Assembly: GCA_033763315.1 (NCBI GenBank)
Contig: JANRKS010000032.1
Location: 352,001-416,000, forward strand
From: Deltaproteobacteria bacterium
GTDB taxonomy: Bacteria; Myxococcota_A; Polyangia; Fen-1088
Reading direction: 5' to 3'
DNA: 64,000 nucleotides
Part shown: one piece after another, positions 29,813-38,988 of the stretch
Layout of the letters: each line of letters begins with the position of its first letter
Numbering within the stretch: position 1 is the stretch's first letter
The notes under the pieces: model-generated
The model's input: only the letters and a program-made list of their open reading frames with translations
What the model was told of the DNA's origin: nothing
Databases searched by the model: none
Program-made: the position numbers and the translations under genes

Positions 29813-30367
29813 TTAAAAGCCGAACGGGCCGCCCGGGCCAGGGCCGTGGCCATGACCTCGCCCATGCGCCATGTGCTCCGCCAATTGTTGACGTTGCGCC
29901 TGAGTCAGGATCTGCCCCACCTGCAACGCCACCTCGGCAAACACCCGTGACGATTTATCGGCTTGCGCCACCATCTTGCTTCGCACGCCTTCCACAGCCG
30001 TGGCATCAAGGTTTGGCGCGGTCATCAAGGCACGCATGGACTCGTGCAATTGCTTTCGCTCTTGGTGCATCGCCTGCATTTGTGCTTTGTGATTTGCGAA
30101 CACGGCCTTGATTTGAGTCTCCTGCTGCGGCGTCGCGTTCAAGTGCTCAAGCATGCGGGACAGCCGCTTCTCCATAAACTTCTCGCGTTGCTCTTGCGTG
30201 GGCGCGCCATCTTTGCCGTGCCCCCAGCCGCCGCCGCCAGCCAAGGCGGTTGTGGCAAAAACGCCACTGAGGGCCAACGCCGGTAAGCCCACCTTCAACC
30301 AACGCCAACCGGCCAACGACCGGCCCTTGTTCACAGCAACCTTAGGTGCATCATTTTCATACGACAT
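29813..30367 (-). CDS. Spy/CpxP family periplasmic chaperone
   Basis: Signal peptide, LTxxQ motifs ('LNATPQQETQI', 'ILTQAQRQQL'), helical Gln/Met/His-rich body; RBS AAGGAG before ATG 30367. Confidence 0.85.
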   Translation of the reverse strand: MSYENDAPKVAVNKGRSLAGWRWLKVGLPALALSGVFATTALAGGGGWGHGKDGAPTQEQREKFMEKRLSRMLEHLNATPQQETQIKAVFANHKAQMQAMHQERKQLHESMRALMTAPNLDATAVEGVRSKMVAQADKSSRVFAEVALQVGQILTQAQRQQLAEHMAHGRGHGHGPGPGGPFGF

Positions 30368-30456
30368 GGTTTCTCTCCTTGTTGCGGAAGCGCCGTTTTG
30401 CGCCCCGTCTATGGATTCACTATGTCGCCCGGCTTTTGCTGGCGTTTGTAGCCTGC

Positions 30457-30471
30457 GTAAAGATATGTAAA
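30457..30471. promoter_or_regulatory. CpxR-type binding box GTAAA-N5-GTAAA
   Basis: Exact 'gtaaagatatgtaaa' about 90 bp upstream of the spy/cpxP-like start, matching the enterobacterial CpxR consensus. Confidence 0.75.
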
Positions 30472-30544
30472 GCGGCCTAAGTGGTGGTGACACAAGGGCT
30501 TTGCTTCCTGGGCGGGTGCAAAGGCTGCTAGGCTCAGGCCGCCG

Positions 30545-31690
30545 ATGTTGCCGTTTATTGACCCCCGACGTGAAGCCCTGCGAGGCCAAGTGGCGGCGTT
30601 CGCGGCCAGCTTGCCGAGGGAGGAGCCGGAGCTCGGGCGTCCCCTGGCATTGCAAGCGTTGGCGGCCTTGGCCGAAGCTGGGATTTTGCAGGCGGTCGTG
30701 CCGGCACGTTTTGGTGGCGCTGCGCCGCAAGTGGAATCCCTGTCGTTGGTGGTGGTGCGCGAGGGCCTGGCGGGAATGTCTTCGCTGCATGACGTGTTGT
30801 TTGCGGTGCAGGGGTTGGCGGCGCACCCATTGGCGGCGGCGAACCCTGCGGTGGCCGCGCGGTGGTTGCCTGCTTTGGCGCAAGGGCAAGCGATCGGCGC
30901 GTTTGCGGCCACCGAAGCAGAAGCTGGCTCAGATCTCAATGGCATGACCACAACAGCCACGCGCGACGGCGACGACTATGTCCTTAACGGCCACAAAGTT
31001 TTCATTTCGAACGCCGGTTTGGCGGACGTCTACATTGTGTTCGCCAAACATCCCTCAGAAGAGCAACGTGCGCCCACGTGCTTGTCGGCATTCGTTGTGC
31101 CAGCCGACGCGGTTGGTGTGCAGACGCATCCGATGGACTTGATGGCCGCGCATGCGATTGGTGGCGTGTGGCTGCGCGACGTGCGCGTGCCTGTCTCGCA
31201 TCGCGTGGGTGCGGAAGGCGATGGCATGTCGCTGTGTCTATCCACGCTTGAACTTTATCGCCCCACGGTGGGCGCCGCCGCGTGTGGTATGGCCGCGCGG
31301 GCTTTGGCCGAAACGCAAAAGCGCGTGCAAGTGCGAAAGCAGTTTGGGCAAGCCTTGGCGGCGCAGCCCACCGTGCGTTTCGCTTTGGCCGACATGGCCA
31401 CAAGCCTTGAGGCCGCACGCGGACTCGTGTATCGCGCGGCTTGGAGCAAAGAGCACCAGCCGGCGGGTTCACACGATGTGCGCCGCTTGGCCGCGATGGC
31501 GAAGCTGCACGCCACCGAGGCAGCGTGTGCCATAGTGGATCAAGCGCTTCAGCTTCACGGGGCCGCGGGTTTGGTGAAGGGCGGCATCATTGAACGCTTG
31601 TACCGCGACGTGCGTGCCTTGAGAATTTACGAAGGCACCAGCGAAATTCAGCGACTGTTGATTGCGCGCACCTATTTAGGGGGCAAGTGA
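30545..31690 (+). CDS. acyl-CoA dehydrogenase
   Basis: 'AFAATEAEAGSD', 'LNGHKVFISNAG', 'RKQFG', 'QLHGAAG', 'YRDVRALRIYEGTSEIQR'. Confidence 0.92.
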   Translation: MLPFIDPRREALRGQVAAFAASLPREEPELGRPLALQALAALAEAGILQAVVPARFGGAAPQVESLSLVVVREGLAGMSSLHDVLFAVQGLAAHPLAAANPAVAARWLPALAQGQAIGAFAATEAEAGSDLNGMTTTATRDGDDYVLNGHKVFISNAGLADVYIVFAKHPSEEQRAPTCLSAFVVPADAVGVQTHPMDLMAAHAIGGVWLRDVRVPVSHRVGAEGDGMSLCLSTLELYRPTVGAAACGMAARALAETQKRVQVRKQFGQALAAQPTVRFALADMATSLEAARGLVYRAAWSKEHQPAGSHDVRRLAAMAKLHATEAACAIVDQALQLHGAAGLVKGGIIERLYRDVRALRIYEGTSEIQRLLIARTYLGGK

Positions 31691-31693
31691 AGC

Positions 31694-32233
31694 ATGTTTG
31701 GTTTGATTGCACGCACGGGTTTCTTGGCGCTGCTGGGCGTGGCGGCGGGGCTCATCTTAAACGGTGTGCGCCCTGATGGCGTGGCCCTTAACGGGGGGCC
31801 GCCTGCAGCCGCCTGCCAATTGACCACGGTCGCACAACCGGTGGAACGGTTGACCCCCGCGCAGGCCAATGCCTTGTGTGGCAACCCGAATGTTTTGATC
31901 GCCGATGCTCGCTCGCCTGAGAGTTTTGCCGAGGGCCACGTGGCGGGCGCGGTGCACCTGCCTTGTGCGGCTCCCGGGGGCGTGGCGCAAGGGATCCCAG
32001 GGCTGCTCGCGGGACGCAGCACGGTTGTGGTCTATGGTGAAACAACCGACGAAGCTTTGGCGGTGGCCGATGGGCTTGTTCGCCGCAACAGCAACAAGGG
32101 ATTGCGCGTGGCCGTTCTGGTCGGCGGGTTTCCGGCCTGGCAGTTGGCTGGCTTTGCGTGTGCATCGGGCCCCTGTCCTGAATGCGCCGAAGACGCCTTG
32201 ATCTGGCCCGGACCGGCAGGAGATCACAAATGA
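31694..32233 (+). CDS. membrane-anchored rhodanese-like protein
   Basis: 'DARSPESFAEGHVAGAVHLP', 'VLVGGFPAW'; active-site loop reads VVYG rather than VVYC. Confidence 0.8.
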   Translation: MFGLIARTGFLALLGVAAGLILNGVRPDGVALNGGPPAAACQLTTVAQPVERLTPAQANALCGNPNVLIADARSPESFAEGHVAGAVHLPCAAPGGVAQGIPGLLAGRSTVVVYGETTDEALAVADGLVRRNSNKGLRVAVLVGGFPAWQLAGFACASGPCPECAEDALIWPGPAGDHK

Positions 32234-32676
32234 AGTGGCTTTTGTTGTTGCTTCGCTTGGTGCTGGGAGGGCTGTTCATTCTTGCCGGGGTGCTGAAGCT
32301 GCACGATCCAAGCAAGTTCGCGCTTGAGATTTCGAACTATCAGTTGATCAGCACGGGCACAACGGCAATGGCCGCGCTGCTGCCTGCGATCGAGATTGTG
32401 TCGGGCGCGGCGTTGATCGTGCTGCCACAAGCGTGGCGACGCGCGGCTGCGTTGCTGATCTTGCTGATGGTGATGATGTTTTCCGTGGCCGTCAGCAGCG
32501 CTTACTTTCGCGGCATCAACATTGATTGTGGCTGCTTCGGTGGCGCGGCCTCTCCCATCACGTGGCTCACGTTGGTGCGCAACGCGGGGTTGCTTTTGGT
32601 CAGCTTATTCTGTGTGGTGTTCGATCGACCCGCACCGCGGCCTTTCACCGCTTCGCCTTCACCGTTTCGCGCATGA
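32230..32676 (+). CDS. MauE/DoxX family membrane protein
   Basis: 'LRLVLGGLFILAGVLKLHDP', 'RGINIDCGCFG', 'RN'; ATGA overlap with upstream gene. Confidence 0.85.
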   Translation: MKWLLLLLRLVLGGLFILAGVLKLHDPSKFALEISNYQLISTGTTAMAALLPAIEIVSGAALIVLPQAWRRAAALLILLMVMMFSVAVSSAYFRGINIDCGCFGGAASPITWLTLVRNAGLLLVSLFCVVFDRPAPRPFTASPSPFRA

Positions 32677-33473
32677 AGCCGATAGGAGAGCTGCCGGCCG
32701 TCGTGGCGCAATCCCTTGTGGGTGTCGCCTTCGATGTTGATGATACGATCACGCACGAAGGGCGCCTTGAGCTGCCCGCGTACGAGGCGATGTGGAAACT
32801 GCGTGCGGCGGGCCTGCGCTTGATGGCCGTCACGGGGCGCCCCTTGGGCTGGGCCGACGTGTTGGCCAGGCAATGGCCGATCGATGTGGCCATCGGCGAA
32901 AACGGTGCCGGCTGGATCCACCGGGAGGCGGCGCGGTTCCACGAAGGGTATTTCGCCTCGCAGGCCGAGCGGGACGCCAACCAAGAGCGCCTGTCCGCTT
33001 TGTTGGTTGAAGTGAAGCGGAAGTTGCCCCACATCGTGTTGGCGCAAGATCAGCGGGCGCGTCGTTGCGACATGGCGTTTGACATCGGCGAGAGTGAACA
33101 GGTGCCGCCGGAGGACGTCGCCAAGCTGTGCCGCTTGATCGAAAGCGCGGGGGCCCTTGCGGCGGTGTCGAGCGTGCATGCGCACGCCGTGTTTGGCGAT
33201 TGGAATAAGGCGCGTGGCATCGTGCGCGCGGCACAGGCGGTGTGGGGTGATGATGTTGAGGCCTTTCCTGCACGCTGGTTGTTCATTGGCGACAGCGGCA
33301 ACGATGCGCCTGCGTTCTCGTTTTTTCCTGTGACGGCAGGCGTGGCCAATGTGGTTGAACATTTGCAGCGTTTGCCGAAGGCCCCCGCCTATGTGGCCAC
33401 GCTGCCGCGTGGCCGCGGTTTCGCCGAGATCGCCTCGCACATCTTGCGCTTGCGGCAGGAGCCTCTCGCGTGA
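32673..33473 (+). CDS. HAD-superfamily IIB hydrolase
   Basis: 'FDVDDTIT', 'VTGRP', 'GENG', 'NKARG', 'IGDSGNDAP'. Confidence 0.88.
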   Translation: MKPIGELPAVVAQSLVGVAFDVDDTITHEGRLELPAYEAMWKLRAAGLRLMAVTGRPLGWADVLARQWPIDVAIGENGAGWIHREAARFHEGYFASQAERDANQERLSALLVEVKRKLPHIVLAQDQRARRCDMAFDIGESEQVPPEDVAKLCRLIESAGALAAVSSVHAHAVFGDWNKARGIVRAAQAVWGDDVEAFPARWLFIGDSGNDAPAFSFFPVTAGVANVVEHLQRLPKAPAYVATLPRGRGFAEIASHILRLRQEPLA

Positions 33474-34435
33474 CCTTGTTCCGTCCCGCATTCGGTTTGG
33501 CGAACGCGCACGCCCAAACGATCTGGCCGTCCAAGTTTCGCCGCGTAAAGCACCTTCCCGTGGTCCAGGCGGCGTGGCCACGTCCACAGGGTGGCGTGGT
33601 GGATATGGTATTGCGGCCTTATAAAACCAGCTGCCCCGGCGTGTTGCTGTTGCACGGGCTTGAAGGTTCGGCGCGATCGAATTACCTGCGCGGCATGATG
33701 AGCGCGGTGGATCAGGCGGGCTATAACGTGGCCGCGCTCGAGTTTCATTCGTGTGGCCCTTCGCCCCCTTCGTCACCGCAGCTTTATCATTCAGGGCGCA
33801 CAGATGAGATAGCGTTTGCGATCTCCCAGTTGCGCACGCTGTGGAAAGGCGCGCCGCTGGCGGCCTGCGGTTTCTCGCTGGGTGGCAACGCGCTGTTGAA
33901 ATATCTCGGCGAAACGGGGGACGATGCGCCGTTGGTGGCGGCCGTGGCGATATCAGTGCCATTTGATTTGGCGGCATGCGCACGCAGTTTGGATGGCCCC
34001 GGTTTTTTCGCCAAAACTTACCGAAACTACTTTCTTAAATCGCTGCGGCGCAAAGCCATCGAGGTGGCACAACGCTTTTCCGTGCCGTTCTCCGAGGAAC
34101 AAGTCAACGCGTGCCGCACGCTGCGGGCGTTTGACGATCTGGTTACGGCGCCTTTGTTTGGCTTTGCGAGCGCAGAGGATTATTGGGCGCGCAATTCATC
34201 GGCCGGCTTTTTGGCGGGCATTCGTCGCCCCGCGCTCCTGCTTTCTGCGGCGGACGATCCGTTTATCCCGAAAAGCGCAATCCCTCGCGACGTCATTGCC
34301 GCCAACCCGCGTTTGCAGCTTCTGCTTTCACACCAGGGCGGCCATGCCGGGTTCTTGCACGGGCCCCCGTGGCGTTTGCGCTATTGGTCCGAATCCGCCG
34401 CGCTAACGTTTTTGCAGCAAAAGCTAGGCGTCTGA
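33470..34435 (+). CDS. YheT-family alpha/beta hydrolase
   Basis: 'NAHAQTI', 'LHGLEGSARSNY', 'YHSGRTDE', 'GFSLGGN', 'DDPF', 'GGHAGF'. Confidence 0.88.
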   Translation: MTLFRPAFGLANAHAQTIWPSKFRRVKHLPVVQAAWPRPQGGVVDMVLRPYKTSCPGVLLLHGLEGSARSNYLRGMMSAVDQAGYNVAALEFHSCGPSPPSSPQLYHSGRTDEIAFAISQLRTLWKGAPLAACGFSLGGNALLKYLGETGDDAPLVAAVAISVPFDLAACARSLDGPGFFAKTYRNYFLKSLRRKAIEVAQRFSVPFSEEQVNACRTLRAFDDLVTAPLFGFASAEDYWARNSSAGFLAGIRRPALLLSAADDPFIPKSAIPRDVIAANPRLQLLLSHQGGHAGFLHGPPWRLRYWSESAALTFLQQKLGV

Positions 34436-35587
34436 CGCAAGACGGGCCGCGCTGGCGGCCACGTCGTTAAGCTGTTCTTCGTTGAGGTGAATGTGCGGCG
34501 CCATTCGCAACCATCCCAGCCGTTCGGCCGCCACAATGCCCGCTTCGCCTAACCGCGTGACGAGGCGACTCATGTCCTTGCCCGGCATACGCGCGGCCAC
34601 GATGGCGCTCTTCCCGCCACCAAACTGATCGCGCGCCAACTCGAACCCATGCGCGCGCAAACCATCTGCCAAGTGTGTGGCGAGCGCATGCACGCGGTCT
34701 TGCACCGCTGCAAATCCCAACGACGACAAATAGTGCAAGCTGGCTTCAAAATGCGTCCAATCTGTGAAGCTGGGCGTGGAAACAACATAACGAGCCACGC
34801 TTGGTTTAACTTCATCCCGGTAGGGAAAATACACGTGATCGTTGATCACCGAACCCGTGCCCTTGAACGGGAATTCCAACAGGTCCAAAAGATCCCGGCG
34901 CATGTAAAGCGCGCCCAGGCCGATGGGGCCCATCAGCCACTTCCAGGCCGAAAACGCCATCGCCGCGATGTTGCACGCCACAACATCGATGTTCACGTGC
35001 CCCACGCCCTGCGCACCATCAACGATGAACAGCACATTGTGTTCGGCGCACAGACGGCCAAGCGCTTCGAGAGGCAAGGGCATGCCCGTGCACCAATGCA
35101 CGGCCGACACAGTGAGCACGCGCGTACGTTCGTTGAACACCTGACGGGCGGACTCAACAACGTCTGCGGGCGTGGGGCCATCTTGCAACGCCACAAGCTT
35201 CACACCCTGGGCCAGCAACTGCTGCCAGGGATAAACGTTGCTGGGGTATTCGTTGCGCATGAGCACAACTTCATCGCCTGCCTGCAGCGACAAGCCCAAA
35301 CTGATGAACGTCATGCCTTCGGTGGTGTGGTGAATGGGCGCCACGTCTTCGAGGGGCGCGTTGATGAGCGGCGCCAGTTGGCCTGCGATCGAGGCCATCA
35401 AGTCTTCCTCAGAACGCGTGCCAAAGATGACCTTGCGTGCGTAGCCTTCCAGGTGCGCCTTCACCGCATTCATCACGGGCGTTGGCATGGGCGCGATCCC
35501 ACAACTGTTGAGCCACGTGACCTCATTGTTCACGCGAAAGTCCTGAGCCACAGCAAGCCAGTTGGGCGTTAAACGCGCGGAGGGCAT
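34424..35587 (-). CDS. class V PLP-dependent aminotransferase/cysteine desulfurase-like
   Basis: 'TTEG', 'EYPSNVYPW', 'VDGAQGVG', PLP lysine in 'SAWKWLMGP', 'LRMAPHIHLNEE'. Confidence 0.88.
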   Translation of the reverse strand: MPSARLTPNWLAVAQDFRVNNEVTWLNSCGIAPMPTPVMNAVKAHLEGYARKVIFGTRSEEDLMASIAGQLAPLINAPLEDVAPIHHTTEGMTFISLGLSLQAGDEVVLMRNEYPSNVYPWQQLLAQGVKLVALQDGPTPADVVESARQVFNERTRVLTVSAVHWCTGMPLPLEALGRLCAEHNVLFIVDGAQGVGHVNIDVVACNIAAMAFSAWKWLMGPIGLGALYMRRDLLDLLEFPFKGTGSVINDHVYFPYRDEVKPSVARYVVSTPSFTDWTHFEASLHYLSSLGFAAVQDRVHALATHLADGLRAHGFELARDQFGGGKSAIVAARMPGKDMSRLVTRLGEAGIVAAERLGWLRMAPHIHLNEEQLNDVAASAARLASDA

Positions 35588-35630
35588 CCGGCGACCTTAC
35601 TGCGCCGCTTGGCAGGCGCGCAACCCTGCG

Positions 35631-36761
35631 CTATTCGGCCGCGAGCAAACGGTTGACGGCGGCGGCCGAAAGCCCACGAAACCGCTTTCGTTTGGCCGTT
35701 TGCACCTGCACGGCACCAAAACGTGCGGGAAGGGCGCCGTCACGAATGCCCCGCTCAAGGTGCGAAAGCGCTGGCGGCGACAACGTGGCGAGCGTGCCTG
35801 AAAGAATCACATTCGCCAGGCCAAATAGGTTCAACGCGGCCGCGATGGCTTGTGCGGTGGCGGTGAGCGTGTCCAGCAACCAAGGGGCCGGGGAGGGGGA
35901 GGACAGCGCCTGCGCCACGCTCTTCGATTCCACACGTGCGGCGCTCCACGACGCATGCAACCCGCCATCACCCAACAACGTTTCCAGGCAACCGCGTGCG
36001 CCGCAGCCACACAAGCGGGTGTGGCCCACAACCGGCGAATGGCCAAGCTCGCCCACAACCGCAGAGGCACCGGCAAACAAACGCCCTTGCATCACAACCG
36101 CGGCGCCCACGCCTTCGCCGCTGTCGACCAGCAAGAAGTCGCGCTCGTTGGGGGCGTCCCGCATGTGGCCCAGCGCCAGCGCGCGGATCTCTTGCACCAC
36201 GCACACTGGTTTGCCGAAGATCTCGCGGCACTCAGCGAGCCAATCGATGCCTTTGGCCCATGGCAAGTTCGGTGAGAACAAACAGCGGCCCTGGTCCTCG
36301 TCCACAACGCCGGGCAAGCTTACAACGCCGCCCCACAAACCTTTCGGTGCGTGGCCATGCACCAAGACGCGCAGCCTTTGCAACCATGTATCTGCCGCCT
36401 TGGGCGTGGCGAATCGTTCGTGCGGTGTCTCGTCGTTGGTGCCGGCCACGGGCGCCCATTGCACATCGGTGTGGTTGACGCCCACCCGCACCAGCGCAAA
36501 CCGCGGCGTATTTGTTTGCAACCGCAGCGGTTGCCCCGGTCGCCCCAACCGCGTTTGCGTCGCAGGATCTTCGGTGACTTCCACGGCCACGTTTTCAATC
36601 ACGCGGGCGCGCAGCAGTTCATCCAAAATCTTTCCCGCCGTGGGACGGCTCATACCCGTGCGGTCCGCAAGTTCCGCCCGTGTGGCCACTTCATCGCGCA
36701 GCAGGCGTTCAAGCAGCAACCGCTGGTTCATCACACGCAGGCTGCTGGGAATGCCTTTCAT
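35631..36761 (-). CDS. ROK family transcriptional regulator
   Basis: N-terminal HTH 'TRAELADRTGMSRPT', 'GELGH', 'CGCGARGCLET'. Confidence 0.88.
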   Translation of the reverse strand: MKGIPSSLRVMNQRLLLERLLRDEVATRAELADRTGMSRPTAGKILDELLRARVIENVAVEVTEDPATQTRLGRPGQPLRLQTNTPRFALVRVGVNHTDVQWAPVAGTNDETPHERFATPKAADTWLQRLRVLVHGHAPKGLWGGVVSLPGVVDEDQGRCLFSPNLPWAKGIDWLAECREIFGKPVCVVQEIRALALGHMRDAPNERDFLLVDSGEGVGAAVVMQGRLFAGASAVVGELGHSPVVGHTRLCGCGARGCLETLLGDGGLHASWSAARVESKSVAQALSSPSPAPWLLDTLTATAQAIAAALNLFGLANVILSGTLATLSPPALSHLERGIRDGALPARFGAVQVQTAKRKRFRGLSAAAVNRLLAAE

Positions 36762-36770
36762 GGGGTTCCT

Positions 36771-38945
36771 TTAGATACCCAAAGCGCTGCCGCGTGCCAA
36801 GGCGGAGGCTGCATGTTGCACAAAATCGATGCGAACCTCGGATTCCACAACCGATCGCCGAATGCCACCCCACGCGGCGGCCGGCGTGAGTGCGAGATAA
36901 TCATTGCCGGGGCGGATTTGGTCCTGCGCCAAGGCACGCAACGCCCGCTCTACTTGCGTTTGCAGCGCGTGTACATCGCGCTGGTGGCGTTTGGCTAGCG
37001 CCAGCACAGCTGTGAGTGCTTCGGCGAACCCTGCGGCCGCGGGCGCTTGCGGAATGAGAACGTGCGAGAAGCCATAGTGGCCTGTAAATGCGCCGGCGCG
37101 TTCATCGGGAGAAAACTGCAAACGCCCTATGAAGTCAGCGTAGCCAAGGCAAAAGTCGACCCACCGTGGTTTGACCACGTCGTCGGGCAACGCTTCGGCC
37201 GCCATGCATGTCCAGCTGTCGATGCCATAGCTGAAGCGACCTAGAAAATCTGCGTATTTTTCGCCCGTGAGAAAGTCGAGAGCGCGCACGGCGGCGGTTT
37301 GCAGCGTTGGATCTTGCAGCGTTCGTGCGGCTGAGGCCAACGCCATGGCGGCTTCCTCCGTGGCGAACATCTGGGCGGGTGCCTTCGTGACGCGTCGACC
37401 GGCCTGCACATCAAACACCGCGGCCAAGTCGCCGTTGGATTTTTGTTGGTGAAGTAAAAATGCGGCCAGGTCAGCGGCTTGCTTTGCCCACGTGGTGTCG
37501 CCAGAGGCACGCTGATAAGTGACAAGCGCGAGCAGTGCCAAAGCATTGGGCCCCACGCGCGCCACGGCGCCTTCGCGCAAACACAGGTGGCCATCACACG
37601 CGGGCTCCATGTGGTTTAGCAACCATTGCAACGCACGCTGGCTGCCGGCAAGAAACCCATGCCCCGGAGCCAAGGGTTCAAGCATCGCCAACGCATAGGC
37701 TGTGCCTGCGTGGCGTGCTTCGTTGTATCCCTGCGCAGGCGTTGTGTTCGTCCACGGCCGATACACGTAAGCGAATGTTCCGTCAGGCGCTTGCGCCCGC
37801 ACGATGAATTGGCCGGCAGCCACGGCGGCCGCGTGCGTGTTGGCTGGGACTTGCACCACCCCTCGTTCGACTGAGCAAACATGCGCGGGTGGCTCTTCGC
37901 ACTCGATGAAACCTTGCACGGCGAAGCGCTCCACCGTGCCAGCGGCAGGATGCTTGAGTTGTTGTGCAAGCCACGGCGTGGGCACGCCCAAGCGCAGCTC
38001 ATTGAGGAATGGCAACAACGGCGATTCACCATAGACGTCGGCCGCGATCACATCGTCTGGAAGCACAACCGTGTTTGCATCTGCACCCTTCACACGCAAC
38101 CCATCGCGCCCCGGATCAAAGGCCATGGCTTGCAGCGCTTCTGGCCACGCCAACACAGGCGCCGCAGGGCCGACGACGTCGAGCTTAAGTTGAGCGGCCG
38201 CGTTGGTATCCGGCAGACGCGAGGCCGCTTGCACGGCCGCTGCACGCAACGAATCGCCTTGACCGTGCGCGCGCGCCTGCAAACGCCCATTGGCGAAAGC
38301 CGACAGATAAACTTCATGCGCATCTCCTGAGCCCGATGGCGCTGCACACGGCTTTTGGATCAAGCACTGCCGCGCGCCTTTGAGCGCTTGCGCCACAACG
38401 TCGCGTGGCAAAGGCGACGGGGCCGCCAAGGCAAACCGCGTGTGAATGCCGGCCGTGCCGACCAGCGGCAACAACACGAACGTGGCCAGCACACCACGAA
38501 TGCCTCTGCGCCACAGCTGGCTGATGCCGCCCTGAGGGGCAAGCAAGGCTTTGAGCCGCAGCGCTGGATAAAGCGAAAGCAACTGAAACGCGGTTGCGGC
38601 GATGAGCAACGCCACCAACGACGCGCCCTTGCCGAACGAGCCATAAACGGATCGAAGATAAGCCCATGACAACAACAGCCCGGCCACCGCGATGACACCA
38701 AATGCGATGCCCACCAACGCGGTCACGACGGCGACTTTTCTCGCCCACGGGCGCTGTCGCCACAGGCTTGGCGCCGTGACCACATGCGCCCCCAGGTACA
38801 AAAGCAGCGCCGCATTGGCTGCGGGCCATTTCCACGGCACAAATGCCAGCAACACCATCGCTGCAACGCCTCCGTACAAAGCGTCGAGCGCCGCCCAAAA
38901 GCGAAACGTGGATGAATAACTATGAGGGGCGGCGGGCTCAATCAT
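36771..38945 (-). CDS. membrane protein with AMMECR1-like and (alpha/alpha)-barrel domains
   Basis: 4-5 N-terminal TM helices, 'FDPGRDGL', 'YNEARHAGTAYAL', C-terminal 'RIDFVQHAASAL'. Confidence 0.6.
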   Translation of the reverse strand: MIEPAAPHSYSSTFRFWAALDALYGGVAAMVLLAFVPWKWPAANAALLLYLGAHVVTAPSLWRQRPWARKVAVVTALVGIAFGVIAVAGLLLSWAYLRSVYGSFGKGASLVALLIAATAFQLLSLYPALRLKALLAPQGGISQLWRRGIRGVLATFVLLPLVGTAGIHTRFALAAPSPLPRDVVAQALKGARQCLIQKPCAAPSGSGDAHEVYLSAFANGRLQARAHGQGDSLRAAAVQAASRLPDTNAAAQLKLDVVGPAAPVLAWPEALQAMAFDPGRDGLRVKGADANTVVLPDDVIAADVYGESPLLPFLNELRLGVPTPWLAQQLKHPAAGTVERFAVQGFIECEEPPAHVCSVERGVVQVPANTHAAAVAAGQFIVRAQAPDGTFAYVYRPWTNTTPAQGYNEARHAGTAYALAMLEPLAPGHGFLAGSQRALQWLLNHMEPACDGHLCLREGAVARVGPNALALLALVTYQRASGDTTWAKQAADLAAFLLHQQKSNGDLAAVFDVQAGRRVTKAPAQMFATEEAAMALASAARTLQDPTLQTAAVRALDFLTGEKYADFLGRFSYGIDSWTCMAAEALPDDVVKPRWVDFCLGYADFIGRLQFSPDERAGAFTGHYGFSHVLIPQAPAAAGFAEALTAVLALAKRHQRDVHALQTQVERALRALAQDQIRPGNDYLALTPAAAWGGIRRSVVESEVRIDFVQHAASALARGSALGI

Positions 38946-38988
38946 GCGCAGGGCGCATGATAGGACGAATTTCCTTAGCGGGGGAAGG

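Noticed and set aside
31694-32233. Selenocysteine recoding at the rhodanese active site
   Set aside because: The codon at the expected Cys position is GGT (Gly); the nearby TGA is out of frame.
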